A DNA stretch of 64,000 nucleotides from Thermoproteota archaeon (GCA_037917675.1 JAVCBW010000013.1:1-64000), one strand, 5' to 3'. Counted from the stretch's first letter, positions 1 to 10,639 are shown. Notes: a model not told the origin generated them from the letters alone. Translations and numbers: made by a program.

Positions 1-619
1 ATTACGTTTGGGTATCTTCCGTATCCGTATTCTCCTGCTTTTGTTGGGTCGTATAGTTCGAATCCTGTTGCGACTATTATCGCACCTACATCAAGCTCTA
101 TCTCCTTAGGCTTCATGTTAAGGTCTATGGCGTCTCTACCCTGCTCTCTACAAGCCTCAATACAGCTCTCACACTCAATACAGCTATCTCTATCTATCAG
201 GAAGACTGATGGGATAGCTTGAGGAAATGGGCGATATATTGCTTTCCTCACCCCTAGCCCCATGTCCCATTCATTTGGCACCTCTACTGGACATACCTCT
301 ACACATGCTCCACAGGCATTACAGTCCTCCTCCCTCACATACCTCGGCTTCCTCAAAACTCTAACCCTGAAATTCCCAATAAACCCATCTACACCAGTAA
401 CCTCACTATACGTAAGCAACTCTATGTTAGGATGCCTAGCAACATCAACCATCTTAGGTGTCAGTATACAGGCAGAGCAGTCTAGTGTAGGGAATGTTTT
501 GTCTAGTAGTGCCATTTTACCTCCTATTGTGGGAGACTTCTCAACCATATACACCTTAAAGCCCATGTCTGCTAGGTCTAAGGCTGCCTGTATGCCTGCT
601 ACACCTCCTCCTATAACCA
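1..619 (-). repeat. Inverted repeat copy 1 (hdrA core), partner of 28575..29193
   Basis: Reverse complement of 1..563 matches 28631..29193 with no mismatch found by eye; 571..619 matches 28575..28623 with one mismatch. Confidence 0.95.
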
Positions 620-1079
620 TAGCTTCAGGAGTAACTGGGACCTCCATGATCTCCAGAGGCTGAAGCCTACGGGCCTTCTCTATGGCCATCCGAACCATGT
701 CTATAGCCTTCTCGTTTGCAGCTTCACGCTGGTGTGTGTGGCACCAGCTACACATCTCTCTTATATTGGCCATCTCAAATAGGTAGGGGTTGAGTCCTGC
801 TTCAGCAATGCATCTCCTGAATGTAGGTTCATGCATTCTGGGAGAGCAAGCTGCAACAACAACCCTGTTTAAGTTGTGCTTTCTTATGTCTTCTTTTATC
901 ATCTCTTGCCCTGGATCAGAACACATATACCTATAGTCCTTGGAGACGACGACGCCAGGATAGTCCTTGAATGCTTCAGCAACCTTCTCACAATCAATGA
1001 CACTAGCGATATTCAGCCCACAGTGGCATATATAGACTCCTATGCGAGGAGAGCTCTCCTGAGTAGTGCCCTGAGACAA
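1..1079 (-). CDS. hdrA: Heterodisulfide reductase subunit A (HdrA) paralogue, 5' part; runs off the window edge
   Basis: Not in the ORF track; read manually from TTG 1079 (GAGGTG upstream): [14 protein letters not shown]...[16 protein letters not shown]...[11 protein letters not shown]...[16 protein letters not shown]...[17 protein letters not shown]. Open to position 1. Confidence 0.95.
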   Translation of the reverse strand, partial: MSQGTTQESSPRIGVYICHCGLNIASVIDCEKVAEAFKDYPGVVVSKDYRYMCSDPGQEMIKEDIRKHNLNRVVVAACSPRMHEPTFRRCIAEAGLNPYLFEMANIREMCSWCHTHQREAANEKAIDMVRMAIEKARRLQPLEIMEVPVTPEAMVIGGGVAGIQAALDLADMGFKVYMVEKSPTIGGKMALLDKTFPTLDCSACILTPKMVDVARHPNIELLTYSEVTGVDGFIGNFRVRVLRKPRYVREEDCNACGACVEVCPVEVPNEWDMGLGVRKAIYRPFPQAIPSVFLIDRDSCIECESCIEACREQGRDAIDLNMKPKEIELDVGAIIVATGFELYDPTKAGEYGYGRYPNV

Positions 1080-1170
1080 GCTACCACCTCACTCGACTTA
1101 GTCAAGACCACCAGCAAGTAGGCTATTTCAAAAATCTTACACCTTTCTCACTGAAGTAGAGCTAAAGGTG

Positions 1171-1992
1171 TTATCTGGATACGATCTGAGTATAGAACTG
1201 GGGCCTTCTATCATCAAATATGTCGTTCAGCTCAGTTATCTTTTTGTCTCTGGCCAGAGTCAAGTCTGCTTCAACCACCTTAACATCCTCGATATCCTTC
1301 GGCGATGAGGCTAAGACCTCCATTTTGGGTGAGGCTACCTGACTCATGCCAGTGAACTCTAGTCTCAATCCACCTCGATCCTCTACACCTATCCTATTCG
1401 CAGTAATCGTGAAAACCCTGTTTTCTATGCTTCTAGCGAGCATAACCTTCTGAGCATAGGGTAGGATGAGGTTAGCAGGATGACATATCACATCAGCTCC
1501 TCTGAGAGCAAGAACACGGCAGGCCTCTGGGAAGATCCAGTCATAGCATATTATCACTCCGATTTTGAGCTTACCTGCCTCAAATACCGGGAAGCCTAGG
1601 TCTCCTGGGGTAAAATAGAGCTTTTCCCTATAGAACAGGTGGGTCTTCCTATAGACTGCAACCGCGCCATCAGGCAAACAGATTGCTGCTGAGTTATATA
1701 TCCTGCCATCATCTGCCAGCTCTGCAAACCCTGCTACGACAACAGCCCCCTGCTCTTCAGCTGCCTTCAACCATGCTTTCACTGATTCCCCCTCATAAAG
1801 CGGCTCTGCAAGCTTCAATACCTCCTCCCTGCTAGTGAAGTTATAACCTGTATTTGAGAGCTCAGGTAAAACTATCACATCAGGCTCCCTTGCAGATTTT
1901 ATCATCTCCACTGATCTCTCTACGTTCTTCTCCTTCCTACCAAATTCAGGGTAGAGCTGCACATAACCTATTCTAGCTTGGCTGCTACCCAT
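1171..1992 (-). CDS. Nitrilase/carbon-nitrogen hydrolase family protein
   Basis: E-K-C triad motifs VLPEL, YRKTHL, ICYDW; ARSIEN motif. Confidence 0.9.
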   Translation of the reverse strand: MGSSQARIGYVQLYPEFGRKEKNVERSVEMIKSAREPDVIVLPELSNTGYNFTSREEVLKLAEPLYEGESVKAWLKAAEEQGAVVVAGFAELADDGRIYNSAAICLPDGAVAVYRKTHLFYREKLYFTPGDLGFPVFEAGKLKIGVIICYDWIFPEACRVLALRGADVICHPANLILPYAQKVMLARSIENRVFTITANRIGVEDRGGLRLEFTGMSQVASPKMEVLASSPKDIEDVKVVEADLTLARDKKITELNDIFDDRRPQFYTQIVSR

Positions 1993-3334
1993 GTTGTACC
2001 TCCTTCAAGAAATCAGATATGACATCTTCTAGAGTAGGCTCACCTATCTCCTGCAGCTCATATCTAACCCTCACCACTGGCTTGTCAAGCTTGGTAAGCC
2101 TAGTGAGGTCTATTGGAGTCCCTGAGACTATAGTGTCACATGGAACTCTCCTGATGGTCTCTATGAACTCGGTTAGCTGAGACTTCCCATAGCCTAAAGC
2201 AGGTAGTACATTTGACATGTGAGGATACTTCTCAAAGGCTTCTCTGATAGACCCTATAGCATATGGCCTAGGATCTATGATCTCAGCAGCCCCATACCTC
2301 ATTGCTGCAATATACCCTATGCTATAGGGTAGTCCTCCATGGGTCACTGTAGGGCCATCCTCTACCACAAGAACTCTTTTCCCCTTTATTAGAGAGGGGT
2401 CCTTGACTTTAGGTGGGGAGGCGGCTTCTATGAGCAACGCCTTAGGGTTAACCTTCCCTATGTTCTCTCTGACAGCCATGAGGTCTTTAGGAGCTGCCGA
2501 AACAACTTTGTTTATGACAACTACATCAGCTATCCTCAAGTTTATCTCTCCAGGATAAGAGGACAGCTCATGACCTGGCCTAAGTGGGTCTACAACGACT
2601 ATGTGGAGATCAGGCTTAAAGAAAGGTAGGTCATTATTGCCGCCATCCCAAACTATGATATCTCCATGCCTCTCAGCCTCCTTCAAGACAAACTCATAGT
2701 CTACTCCAGCGAAAACAGTATATCCTCTCTCTATATGGGGTTCAAACTCCTCTCTTTCCTCTATAGTACACTCGTATCTATCTAGATCCTCATAGGTCTC
2801 AAACTTCATGCATACTTGCTTGGAGAGGTCTCCATATGGCATCGGATGTCTTACGACAACAGGCTTTAGCCCCCTTTTCACAAGTATATCACAGACCCTC
2901 CGGGTAACAGTGCTCTTCCCAGCTCCTGTCCTGACGGCACACACTGATATTACTGGCTTGCTACTCTCGAGCATTGTATCCTTTGGGCCTATCAGCATGA
3001 AGCTAGGGCCTTCAGCCATAGCCTTGGAGGCAAGAGACATTACTTCATTATAGAGTAAGTCACTATAGGATAGGACTATCAGGTCTACATTGAGCTCCCT
3101 GATGAGCTCAGTCATCCTGCTTTCAGGATATATCGGTATCCCCCTAGGGTAGAGCTTTCCAGCAAGCTTAGGAGGGTACACTCTGTTAGCTATGTTTGGA
3201 AGCTGACCAGCTGTAAAGGCAACAACCTCATATCTTGGGTTGTCTCTGAAGCACATATTAAAGTTATGAAAGTCTCTGCCGGCAGCTCCAAGAATTAAGA
3301 CACGTATCCTCTCCTTTCGCATACTATCTAACAC
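1985..3334 (-). CDS. CpgS-related P-loop protein (COG2403), arginine synthetase ArcE-like
   Basis: GAAGRDFHNFN N-terminus, AVRTGAGKS P-loop, RHPMPYGDL, WDGGNND, EDGPTVTHGG. Confidence 0.75.
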   Translation of the reverse strand: MLDSMRKERIRVLILGAAGRDFHNFNMCFRDNPRYEVVAFTAGQLPNIANRVYPPKLAGKLYPRGIPIYPESRMTELIRELNVDLIVLSYSDLLYNEVMSLASKAMAEGPSFMLIGPKDTMLESSKPVISVCAVRTGAGKSTVTRRVCDILVKRGLKPVVVRHPMPYGDLSKQVCMKFETYEDLDRYECTIEEREEFEPHIERGYTVFAGVDYEFVLKEAERHGDIIVWDGGNNDLPFFKPDLHIVVVDPLRPGHELSSYPGEINLRIADVVVINKVVSAAPKDLMAVRENIGKVNPKALLIEAASPPKVKDPSLIKGKRVLVVEDGPTVTHGGLPYSIGYIAAMRYGAAEIIDPRPYAIGSIREAFEKYPHMSNVLPALGYGKSQLTEFIETIRRVPCDTIVSGTPIDLTRLTKLDKPVVRVRYELQEIGEPTLEDVISDFLKEVQHG

Positions 3335-3360
3335 CCCACCTTAAGCAACTTAAAAAAAAG

Positions 3361-3957
3361 GTGGATAATAGGATATCGATGACAGAGAAAATAGCGAAAC
3401 CTATGGATGAAGCTAAGAAGAAAGTGCTTAACCTAATATCTAGCCTACTTAAGCTCCTAGTCGGCATCCTACTGGTGAGATCTGCAGGAGCGATCCTAGG
3501 AGACATCGTACTGTTCGAAGTAGGACAGCATTCACTGTCAACGAGAACAACTTTGAACCTCTTGAACTTTGCAGTAATAATCTACTTCGGATATAGAGTG
3601 CTTGTTAATCTAGCCTACTTCCTTGACAAAGCGGTAGAGCTCATAGTTAGAAGGTTTGAGGCTGGAGAAAAAGCTCCTCGGAGGATAGCTCATGACATAA
3701 CATATGTGATTATCATAGTGCTGGTATGGGAAGCCATAAGCCCGCTACTTAAGCAGGTGCCTGAAGTAGGAGACTATATGGTCAGAGGGCTTGGAGTCAT
3801 ACTTTTGTTCATAGGATTCCTGCTTTTATATGACCTAGCGAAGACAACGTATGGTGTGATCAAGAAGGAGCTTGATAAAGTCCTTGAACTGATCGCGATG
3901 AAGATAGAGGGGGCAGAGGCTGAAAGCAATGCATCAGCGAGGGAAAATGAAGTATAG
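3361..3957 (+). CDS. Hypothetical membrane protein (about 4 TM helices)
   Basis: Four hydrophobic segments in a 198-aa ORF. Confidence 0.7.
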   Translation: MDNRISMTEKIAKPMDEAKKKVLNLISSLLKLLVGILLVRSAGAILGDIVLFEVGQHSLSTRTTLNLLNFAVIIYFGYRVLVNLAYFLDKAVELIVRRFEAGEKAPRRIAHDITYVIIIVLVWEAISPLLKQVPEVGDYMVRGLGVILLFIGFLLLYDLAKTTYGVIKKELDKVLELIAMKIEGAEAESNASARENEV

Positions 3958-4023
3958 GATGTGAGAAGCTGAATGGACCTAATGATTTTAAGCTCATGCT
4001 CACAGGTGGATACTTAGTAGTAT

Positions 4024-5133
4024 GTGTGGGAGAGCATAATGCAAAGCAGCCAAACAGACATATGGAGTATACTTTTCTGGGTGTTGATAGCGCTGATGTT
4101 CTTTACACCATTAAATGAGAGGATACAGCTCACATATAGAATGCTAGAGATACAGAACTACCTCAAGCAGCTTGAGAGCTACCTGACTAGAGCAGATAGG
4201 GTATTTGAGGAGGAGGCTAGAAGATATGGGTGTAGCGAAGAGAAAGCTAAGAAAGCACTCAAGTCGATCAAGGGATTCTTTCTGATAGAACCCGTGTCGA
4301 TAGACCCTGTTGGAATCATAAAAAGACTTGAGCACCTGCTTAACACTCAAGAGGACAGAGTGGAGGACTTCATCAGGGAAGTAGCTGTTAATGCTAACGA
4401 AGCAGAGAGATCCAACTTGAAGAATGTACTAGCTGCAAACCTGTCCCTTGATATAATATACAGAGTCGTTAGACACATTTTCCTCTTGGCGAAGAAGACA
4501 AAGAATTACTTCTATATGGTACAGCTCTACATGTATCTTCCAGAGATAATGAGGATAGCTAGAAGCTATTTCAGAGCATTAACCCCACTCAAAGAAGGCA
4601 TACCTATAGGAGATGGCTTAGGGCCCCTTGTGGCATATAAGCTAGGGAGAGGAGCAGAGTGGAAGGAGATAGCAAAGAATATCATAGCATATGAAAAGGA
4701 AGAGGATAAAAGGAAGCTCATCATAGTTAAGGCTAAGGGACCAGGCGGAGAGGTAGGGAAGCCAGGAGATGCTGTAGAGAAGATCATTAGGGAGCACGAT
4801 GGAAAAGTAAAGATGATAATAATGGTAGATGCAGCAGTAAAGCTAGAGGGAGAGAAGACTGGAGAGATAGTTGAAGGAGTAGGAGCTGCTATAGGGGATC
4901 CAGGACCAGAGAAGTATAAAATAGAGACTATAGCAACGAAATATGGGATACCGCTCATCGCAATAGTGGTTAAAGAAGATATAACAGAAGCCATTACCGC
5001 CATGCCCAGAGAGGTGGCTGAGTCAGCGGACAGAGTCGTAGAAAAGATAATGAACATCATTAGAGGCAAGACAGATGAAGGAGATGTCATAGTGATAGCA
5101 GGGATAGGGAATACTATCGGGATAAGCCAGTAG
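4024..5133 (+). CDS. DUF1512 family protein
   Basis: N-terminal TM; IEPVSIDPVGII, PIGDGLGP, VDAAVKLEGEKTG, GIGNTIGI motifs. Confidence 0.85.
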   Translation: MWESIMQSSQTDIWSILFWVLIALMFFTPLNERIQLTYRMLEIQNYLKQLESYLTRADRVFEEEARRYGCSEEKAKKALKSIKGFFLIEPVSIDPVGIIKRLEHLLNTQEDRVEDFIREVAVNANEAERSNLKNVLAANLSLDIIYRVVRHIFLLAKKTKNYFYMVQLYMYLPEIMRIARSYFRALTPLKEGIPIGDGLGPLVAYKLGRGAEWKEIAKNIIAYEKEEDKRKLIIVKAKGPGGEVGKPGDAVEKIIREHDGKVKMIIMVDAAVKLEGEKTGEIVEGVGAAIGDPGPEKYKIETIATKYGIPLIAIVVKEDITEAITAMPREVAESADRVVEKIMNIIRGKTDEGDVIVIAGIGNTIGISQ

Positions 5134-5520
5134 GTGAGCAGCTTGGGGGAAAAAGGTGTGGAAAGGCTTACAGCACCCTATCTGCTCCCTGCTCTAGTGA
5201 TAGTAGGCCTGATGATGATCATAGCTCTCCTCTTTATCACGCTAGCAGCTAAGACAGAAGGAGAACATGACATAATATGGGCTATGTTGGGTTTTGCAGC
5301 AATCCTCATAGTAGCCATGCAGATGCTTGAGATGATCAAAGCTAGAAGAGCTGCATTAGAAGAAAGGAGAGCTATAAACACAGTGGTAGAATGCCAGAGC
5401 TGTGGAGAGAAGCTTGTAAGAGACTTCCAGAGAGGAGACTACATCGGTAAGGAAGAGAAGTGCATGAAGTGTGGCGGGAGAGCCTCAGTGACACTTATCT
5501 ACAGCGAGAAAGTTAGGTGA
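5134..5520 (+). CDS. Small membrane protein with C-terminal Zn ribbon
   Basis: Two TM segments, then CQSC...RDFQRGDYI...CMKC; abuts the DUF1512 stop. Confidence 0.75.
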   Translation: MSSLGEKGVERLTAPYLLPALVIVGLMMIIALLFITLAAKTEGEHDIIWAMLGFAAILIVAMQMLEMIKARRAALEERRAINTVVECQSCGEKLVRDFQRGDYIGKEEKCMKCGGRASVTLIYSEKVR

Positions 5521-6316
5521 TGTCTAAGAGACGAGATAAAGAGCTTTTCTGAAGCTCAGTGAGAGCACATAGCATACTATATAGCTCTATTCTGCCCCTT
5601 AGCCTTCTTAGAAGCTGAGTTAGAGAATACTGGTCAGGTGTGAGCTTTATTGGGAGGGCTACGTCGAGGAGTAGAAGCCCATGAGGAGGGGAGAGGGCAG
5701 GAAAGTCTAACCTGCCTGAGATTATGCGGCGGAATTCTCTTATAGTTGTCTTTCCAGCTCCAACAGATTTTATGGCTGCCCAGAGCCTCCTTATGAAACC
5801 TCTTGACGCCCACTTAATCTTGACTTTGAAAAGTAAGATCTTTCTTCTGAGCACTATGTCTGCAGAGAGCACTAGCCCTGCTCCTCCTGACTTGAATCTC
5901 ACAGCACCAGCTTCACTTGCTATGTCAGCTGCCTCACACATCAGACTCCAGTCTTCACCATGGTAGTAGTCTGCATAGACGTATTTCCTGTATAAGGCTG
6001 CTTTCCTCGGGTTAAAGTCAGCTGATACTCTCGCGTAAGCCCAGGCTATCACACGCCATTTAAGCTCGTGGTTAAGCTGACTTAGGATGAGCTCTTTATC
6101 TTTTGCTGTGAAACCTACCACATTCCCAAGCGCAGAAACACCTCTATCCGTCCTAGAAGCTGAAACGAAACAGGATTTACTGGGAGACTCTATAAGGGAG
6201 AGGTTCTGTAGAGCAGTTATGATATGGTTCTCCACAGTATCTCCAGTTGGCTGCCTTGAATAACCCTTGAACTCTGAGCCATTGTAGTAGATTTTAACTA
6301 CCCATCTCATGCTCAT
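5513..6316 (-). CDS. truA: tRNA pseudouridine(38-40) synthase
   Basis: YNGSEFKGYSRQP..TVE; SRTDRGVSA with catalytic Asp; PPHGLLL. Confidence 0.85.
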   Translation of the reverse strand: MSMRWVVKIYYNGSEFKGYSRQPTGDTVENHIITALQNLSLIESPSKSCFVSASRTDRGVSALGNVVGFTAKDKELILSQLNHELKWRVIAWAYARVSADFNPRKAALYRKYVYADYYHGEDWSLMCEAADIASEAGAVRFKSGGAGLVLSADIVLRRKILLFKVKIKWASRGFIRRLWAAIKSVGAGKTTIREFRRIISGRLDFPALSPPHGLLLLDVALPIKLTPDQYSLTQLLRRLRGRIELYSMLCALTELQKSSLSRLLDIT

Positions 6317-6321
6317 GGAGC

Positions 6322-8658
6322 CTACTCTTGGATGTTGTGCATATGTGTAAGTTCGTCTCTCAGCATCTGGAGGTCTGGGGGAATTTCAACTTTCACAGGG
6401 GCATTCAGAGGCGTTTTCAGCTCAATTTTCTTGAGCTTCCATATATAGCTGTTGAATTCCTTTATCCTATCAGTGAGCCTCCTCAATCCATCATCTATGC
6501 CCTCTACCTCCCCTGGGAAGAGCTGCTTGTGTATGCTGCCACCATAGAGCTCTCTCCAGATATAGTCTGTTATGAATGGGGTAATCGGAGCAAGGAGGAG
6601 AAGAATAGCTTTCAGTGTAGTGTGGAGCGTATACCATGCTGATTTAGTCAGCTCTGATTCAGGTGACCCATAGGCTCTCCACTTTACCATTTCCAGGTAG
6701 TGAGGAGCATAGGTGTTCCAGACGAAGTTGTAGATTGCATTTGCTGGAATGAAGAAGTTGAGGTCATCGTAGCCTTTCAAACATACTCTTATCAGCTCAT
6801 TTAGTTCTGCTAGAATCCACCCGTCTGCAGGTGCAAGCTTGCTAGGCCTCTCGGCTTGAGGAAAGCATGACACAAATCTTGCTATGTTCCATAGCTTGTT
6901 CAGGAAGCGGTATGCGGAGCGGACCTTTGCCTCTGAATAGCGGTAGTTTGAGCCTAGCTTAGCCTCCATGGCTCCCCAGAGCCTTATAGCATCGACACCA
7001 TATTTCTCAATGACTACATCGGGATCAACTATGTTCCCAAGAGACTTACTCATGGGCCTCCCTTTCTCATCTAACCCCAGGCCTGATAACCAGACTCTTT
7101 CAAAAGCTGGCTTCCCAAATAGCTGGTATCCCCTCAGCATCGTGTAGTGTAGCCATGTCCTCACTATATCTATTCCTTGAGGCCTTATCGAGCAGGGGAA
7201 CATCCTCTTTAGCATCTCTTCGTTCCAGCCATACCCACAGTATACTAGCTCTGATATGCTCGAATCAACCCATGTATCCACAACTCTCTCTTCTCCCTGA
7301 AAACCCTTTGTAGAACCGCAGTGTGGACACTTGTCGAAGGGAGGAGGCTCGCACCATGGGCGGTAGTACCTCCCTGGCTCTGGGGTAACTAGCATCCCAC
7401 ACTCTAGACAGTACCAGAAGGGAAGCTCTGTACCATAGTATCTTCTCCTTGAGATAGGCCAGTCTGTAGAGAGAGAGTTTATCCAGTTAAGCCAGAGCTG
7501 CCTGTGCTCCTCTGGATAGAACTTGACTTCGAAAGCAATCTTCATCAGAACGTCTTTAAAGTCAAGCTGCTTCAAGTACCACTCTTTCATGGGTATGAAC
7601 TCGAGCGGGTGCTTAGACCTCCAGCAAATAGGAATCTTATGCCATATTCTCTCAACCTTCTCCACAAAGCCAGCCTCCTGGAGGTCTTTGGTTATCCTCT
7701 CCCGGGCTTCCTCGACTCTTAAGCCAGCATAGACTCCAGCCTCCTCGTTCATCTTTCCTTCTTCGTTTATCAGCACCAAGGGCTTTAAGCCCAGTTCACG
7801 GAACAGCTCCACGTCAGTTCGGTCGCCATAGGAGCATACCATGACGAGCCCTGACCCAAACTCCTTCTTCACGCTTGGATGAGGGAGGATAGGGACCTCC
7901 TTACCATACACTGGGACGATAGCATGCTTGCCCTCTAAGCGCATATATCTGTCGTCTTTAGGGTTATAGAGTACACAGGCGCAAGCTTTTAGAAGCTCTG
8001 GCCGCGTTGTAGCTATCACTATTGGCTCACTTGTTTCCTTGACCTTGAACCTTATGTATACGAGATTAGTCTCCTCCTCCCTATATTCTATTTCAGCATC
8101 CGCTAGTGTAGTCCTGCAGCCAGGACAGTAGTTTGATACTCTATAGGCCTCATAGAGGAGGCCTTTCTTATAGGCCTCTATTAGAGTGCGTTGTGTCTGT
8201 GTTCTCCAGAGCTCCGAATCTGTTTGAAAGCAGTTCCTGTAGTCGCAGCTTAGCCCAAGCCTTCTAGTAAGCCTTATAATGTCCCTCTCATACTCATCTA
8301 GAACCTGCCGACATATCCTCAAGAAAGTCCCTCTATCGACAGTATATGGGGATATTCCAGTCTTCTTCTCTGCTTCAACCTCAACAGGTAAGCCATTCCT
8401 GTCTATCCCCATAGGGAAATACACTTCATAGCCTCTCATCCGCATGCTTCTAGCTATCATATCAATCTGAGTATAGTGTACTGCAGCAGCTATGTGCCAC
8501 TTACCAGAAGCATATGGGGGAGGTGTATCTATAGAGAATATAGGCCTGCCGCTCTCTAAGTCAAACTCGTATAGATTCTCTCTTTCAGCTAGCTCAATGA
8601 GCTTTTCCTCGAGCTCTATCCTCCACTTCTTCTCCTTCAGCTTAGGCTTATACTTCAT
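6322..8658 (-). CDS. valS: Valyl-tRNA synthetase (archaeal type)
   Basis: IDTPPPY, HIAA (HIGH variant), IATTRPEL, DWPISRRRYYG, PMSKSLGN. Confidence 0.92.
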   Translation of the reverse strand: MKYKPKLKEKKWRIELEEKLIELAERENLYEFDLESGRPIFSIDTPPPYASGKWHIAAAVHYTQIDMIARSMRMRGYEVYFPMGIDRNGLPVEVEAEKKTGISPYTVDRGTFLRICRQVLDEYERDIIRLTRRLGLSCDYRNCFQTDSELWRTQTQRTLIEAYKKGLLYEAYRVSNYCPGCRTTLADAEIEYREEETNLVYIRFKVKETSEPIVIATTRPELLKACACVLYNPKDDRYMRLEGKHAIVPVYGKEVPILPHPSVKKEFGSGLVMVCSYGDRTDVELFRELGLKPLVLINEEGKMNEEAGVYAGLRVEEARERITKDLQEAGFVEKVERIWHKIPICWRSKHPLEFIPMKEWYLKQLDFKDVLMKIAFEVKFYPEEHRQLWLNWINSLSTDWPISRRRYYGTELPFWYCLECGMLVTPEPGRYYRPWCEPPPFDKCPHCGSTKGFQGEERVVDTWVDSSISELVYCGYGWNEEMLKRMFPCSIRPQGIDIVRTWLHYTMLRGYQLFGKPAFERVWLSGLGLDEKGRPMSKSLGNIVDPDVVIEKYGVDAIRLWGAMEAKLGSNYRYSEAKVRSAYRFLNKLWNIARFVSCFPQAERPSKLAPADGWILAELNELIRVCLKGYDDLNFFIPANAIYNFVWNTYAPHYLEMVKWRAYGSPESELTKSAWYTLHTTLKAILLLLAPITPFITDYIWRELYGGSIHKQLFPGEVEGIDDGLRRLTDRIKEFNSYIWKLKKIELKTPLNAPVKVEIPPDLQMLRDELTHMHNIQE

Positions 8659-8791
8659 TACAGCATCAGCCTCCTCTCTTGGTGGCAGGCTATGATATAC
8701 ATTTAAAAGCTTCTACAGCACCTTAACTTTAGCAGGCTATAGAGAGCTTACATGAGCTCAAGCTTAGGGCTTCATAGGAAGCAGGGAGTTT

Positions 8792-10072
8792 ATGATGAGC
8801 AAGCTAGAAGTTAAGACGCTAGGCGGATGCCGTGAAATAGGACGAATAGCAATCCAGCTCACAGCTGGAGACACTAGAGTCCTACTAGACTATGGAATAA
8901 AGATACAACATAGGAGAAAGCCTCCCTTATACCCCAGGGAGCCAGATGGAAAAGTACACTACATAGCACTTACCCACGCCCACTTAGACCACTCAGGGGC
9001 GATTCCGCTGCTAATGAGAAGAAAGCCTCCTAAGGTGTTTGGAATAGACTTGACCAGAGATTACACTGAGATGCTCCTCTGGGACTCGCTTAGAGTAGCA
9101 AAGAAGAATAGCTATGAGGCCAAGTATGGTGAGAGAGAGATTGTTGAGTTCCACAGAAGCTACAGAAAGCTAGAATATAGGGATTCCATAAAGCTTAGGG
9201 GGGGAATAGAGATCAAGGCTTTAAGCGCAGGGCATATACCAGGATCAGCTATGTACTACATCAGATACAGGAACAAGAGCATACTTTACACAGGAGACTT
9301 TAACTTCATAGACACACATCTAGTTAAGGGGATGCCTCTAGAGCTGCCTAGGGTAGATGTCCTCATAATGGAGACAACATATGCTATGAGAAAGCATCCA
9401 CCTAGAAGCAGCCAGGAAAGAGAGCTCAAACAGATAATAGATGAAACTTGCAGCAGAGGAGGTACAGTGATCATACCAGGCTTCGCCCTCGCTAGACTAG
9501 AGGAAATAAGCATGGTACTCCATATGGCTGGTGTGTCTTGGCCGGTCTTCATGGATGGCATGGCTAGGAACATGGCTAAGATAACCCTCAGATACCCAAA
9601 TAGAGTAAGAGACCATGAATCCTTGAGAAAGGCTCTTTCCAAGGTCAATTATGTCAGAGACCAGAAGATGAGAGAGAAGATAGCAGGGACACCCAGTGTA
9701 GTACTGACAACATCTGGCATGCTAGAGGGAGGCCCTGCGATCTACTATGTGTCTAAGCTGCATGACAGCTCAGAGTCGACTGTAGCTATTGTAGGATATC
9801 AGGCAGAAGACACTAATGGAAGAAGGCTTATAGAGGAAAGAAGACTCGAGCTGTCAGACGGGAACTTAATAGATGTAAACATGCAAGTGAGGCAGCTGAA
9901 CTTCTCATCACATGCAGATACCACTGGCATGAGATATCTCATCAATAAGACAAATCCAAAGACAGTGCTTTGTATACATGGAGAGCAAGCAGATAAGTTC
10001 GCAAGCGAGATAGAAGAAACATACGAAGTAACAGGCATAGCTCCCAAAGAGGAGGAAGTCATCAAAGTATAG
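8792..10072 (+). CDS. beta-CASP metallo-beta-lactamase ribonuclease (aCPSF-like)
   Basis: THAHLDHSG, AGHIPGS, YTGD, METTY, FSSHAD, IHGE. Confidence 0.9.
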   Translation: MMSKLEVKTLGGCREIGRIAIQLTAGDTRVLLDYGIKIQHRRKPPLYPREPDGKVHYIALTHAHLDHSGAIPLLMRRKPPKVFGIDLTRDYTEMLLWDSLRVAKKNSYEAKYGEREIVEFHRSYRKLEYRDSIKLRGGIEIKALSAGHIPGSAMYYIRYRNKSILYTGDFNFIDTHLVKGMPLELPRVDVLIMETTYAMRKHPPRSSQERELKQIIDETCSRGGTVIIPGFALARLEEISMVLHMAGVSWPVFMDGMARNMAKITLRYPNRVRDHESLRKALSKVNYVRDQKMREKIAGTPSVVLTTSGMLEGGPAIYYVSKLHDSSESTVAIVGYQAEDTNGRRLIEERRLELSDGNLIDVNMQVRQLNFSSHADTTGMRYLINKTNPKTVLCIHGEQADKFASEIEETYEVTGIAPKEEEVIKV

Positions 10073-10114
10073 TTTAGTTGCTAGAGCTTAAGACACATTT
10101 TTAGAGCCATTGTT

Positions 10115-10393
10115 ATGAGGTATGCAGGTGAGCTCTTGATAGCCCCCCAAGAGAAGATTAGGGGAGCATATGTCCTCATTAAAGCTTCACCAGGCAGCCT
10201 TCGTGAGGTACATAGGAGACTAAAGAGCATAGAGGGAGTTAAGAGAGTATACTCTGTCATAGGAGAGACCTGCGACTTTGTAGTTAAGATAGAGGGAGTA
10301 GATTTCTCAGCACTCAGCAAGATAATTCTTCAGGATATAAGACAGATTAGGGGTGTAGATAGGACCCATACGCTGCTCCTGATGGGTGACTGA
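10115..10393 (+). CDS. Stand-alone Lrp/AsnC ligand-binding (RAM) domain protein
   Basis: AYVLIK...GVKRVYSVIGETCDFVVK...IRQIRGVDRTHT. Confidence 0.85.
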   Translation: MRYAGELLIAPQEKIRGAYVLIKASPGSLREVHRRLKSIEGVKRVYSVIGETCDFVVKIEGVDFSALSKIILQDIRQIRGVDRTHTLLLMGD

Positions 10394-10396
10394 AAA

Positions 10397-10639
10397 GTGA
10401 ACGAAGTTGTTGAAGCCGAAGACTTGAAAAAGTACTATCATCTCAAAGGCGAGGTCGTGAGAGCACTTGATGGCATACGCCTGAAAGTAGCACGTGGAGA
10501 ATACCTTTCAATCATGGGGCCAAGTGGCTCAGGGAAGACGACACTATTCAATATGATAGGAGCACTTGATAGACCGACAAGCGGGAGAGCTTTACTTGAA
10601 GGCAGAGACCTATCAGGATTAGAAGGAGAGAGGAGATAA
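10397..10639 (+). pseudogene. Truncated ABC transporter ATP-binding subunit (LolD/MacB-like N-terminus only)
   Basis: Walker A GPSGSGKTT and LDRPTSG, then a stop at 80 aa; no signature, Walker B or H-loop seen downstream. Confidence 0.75.

Noticed and set aside
262-1121. Plus-strand ORFs 262..663 and 876..1121, and the twin 28525..28932 (-)
   Set aside because: Antisense shadows of the two hdrA genes; their similarity only reflects the hdrA repeat.
6322-8658. Non-canonical HIAA/PMSKS in ValRS (and HPGT/EMHKS in IleRS)
   Set aside because: Within the variation expected for archaeal class I synthetases; other motifs intact.
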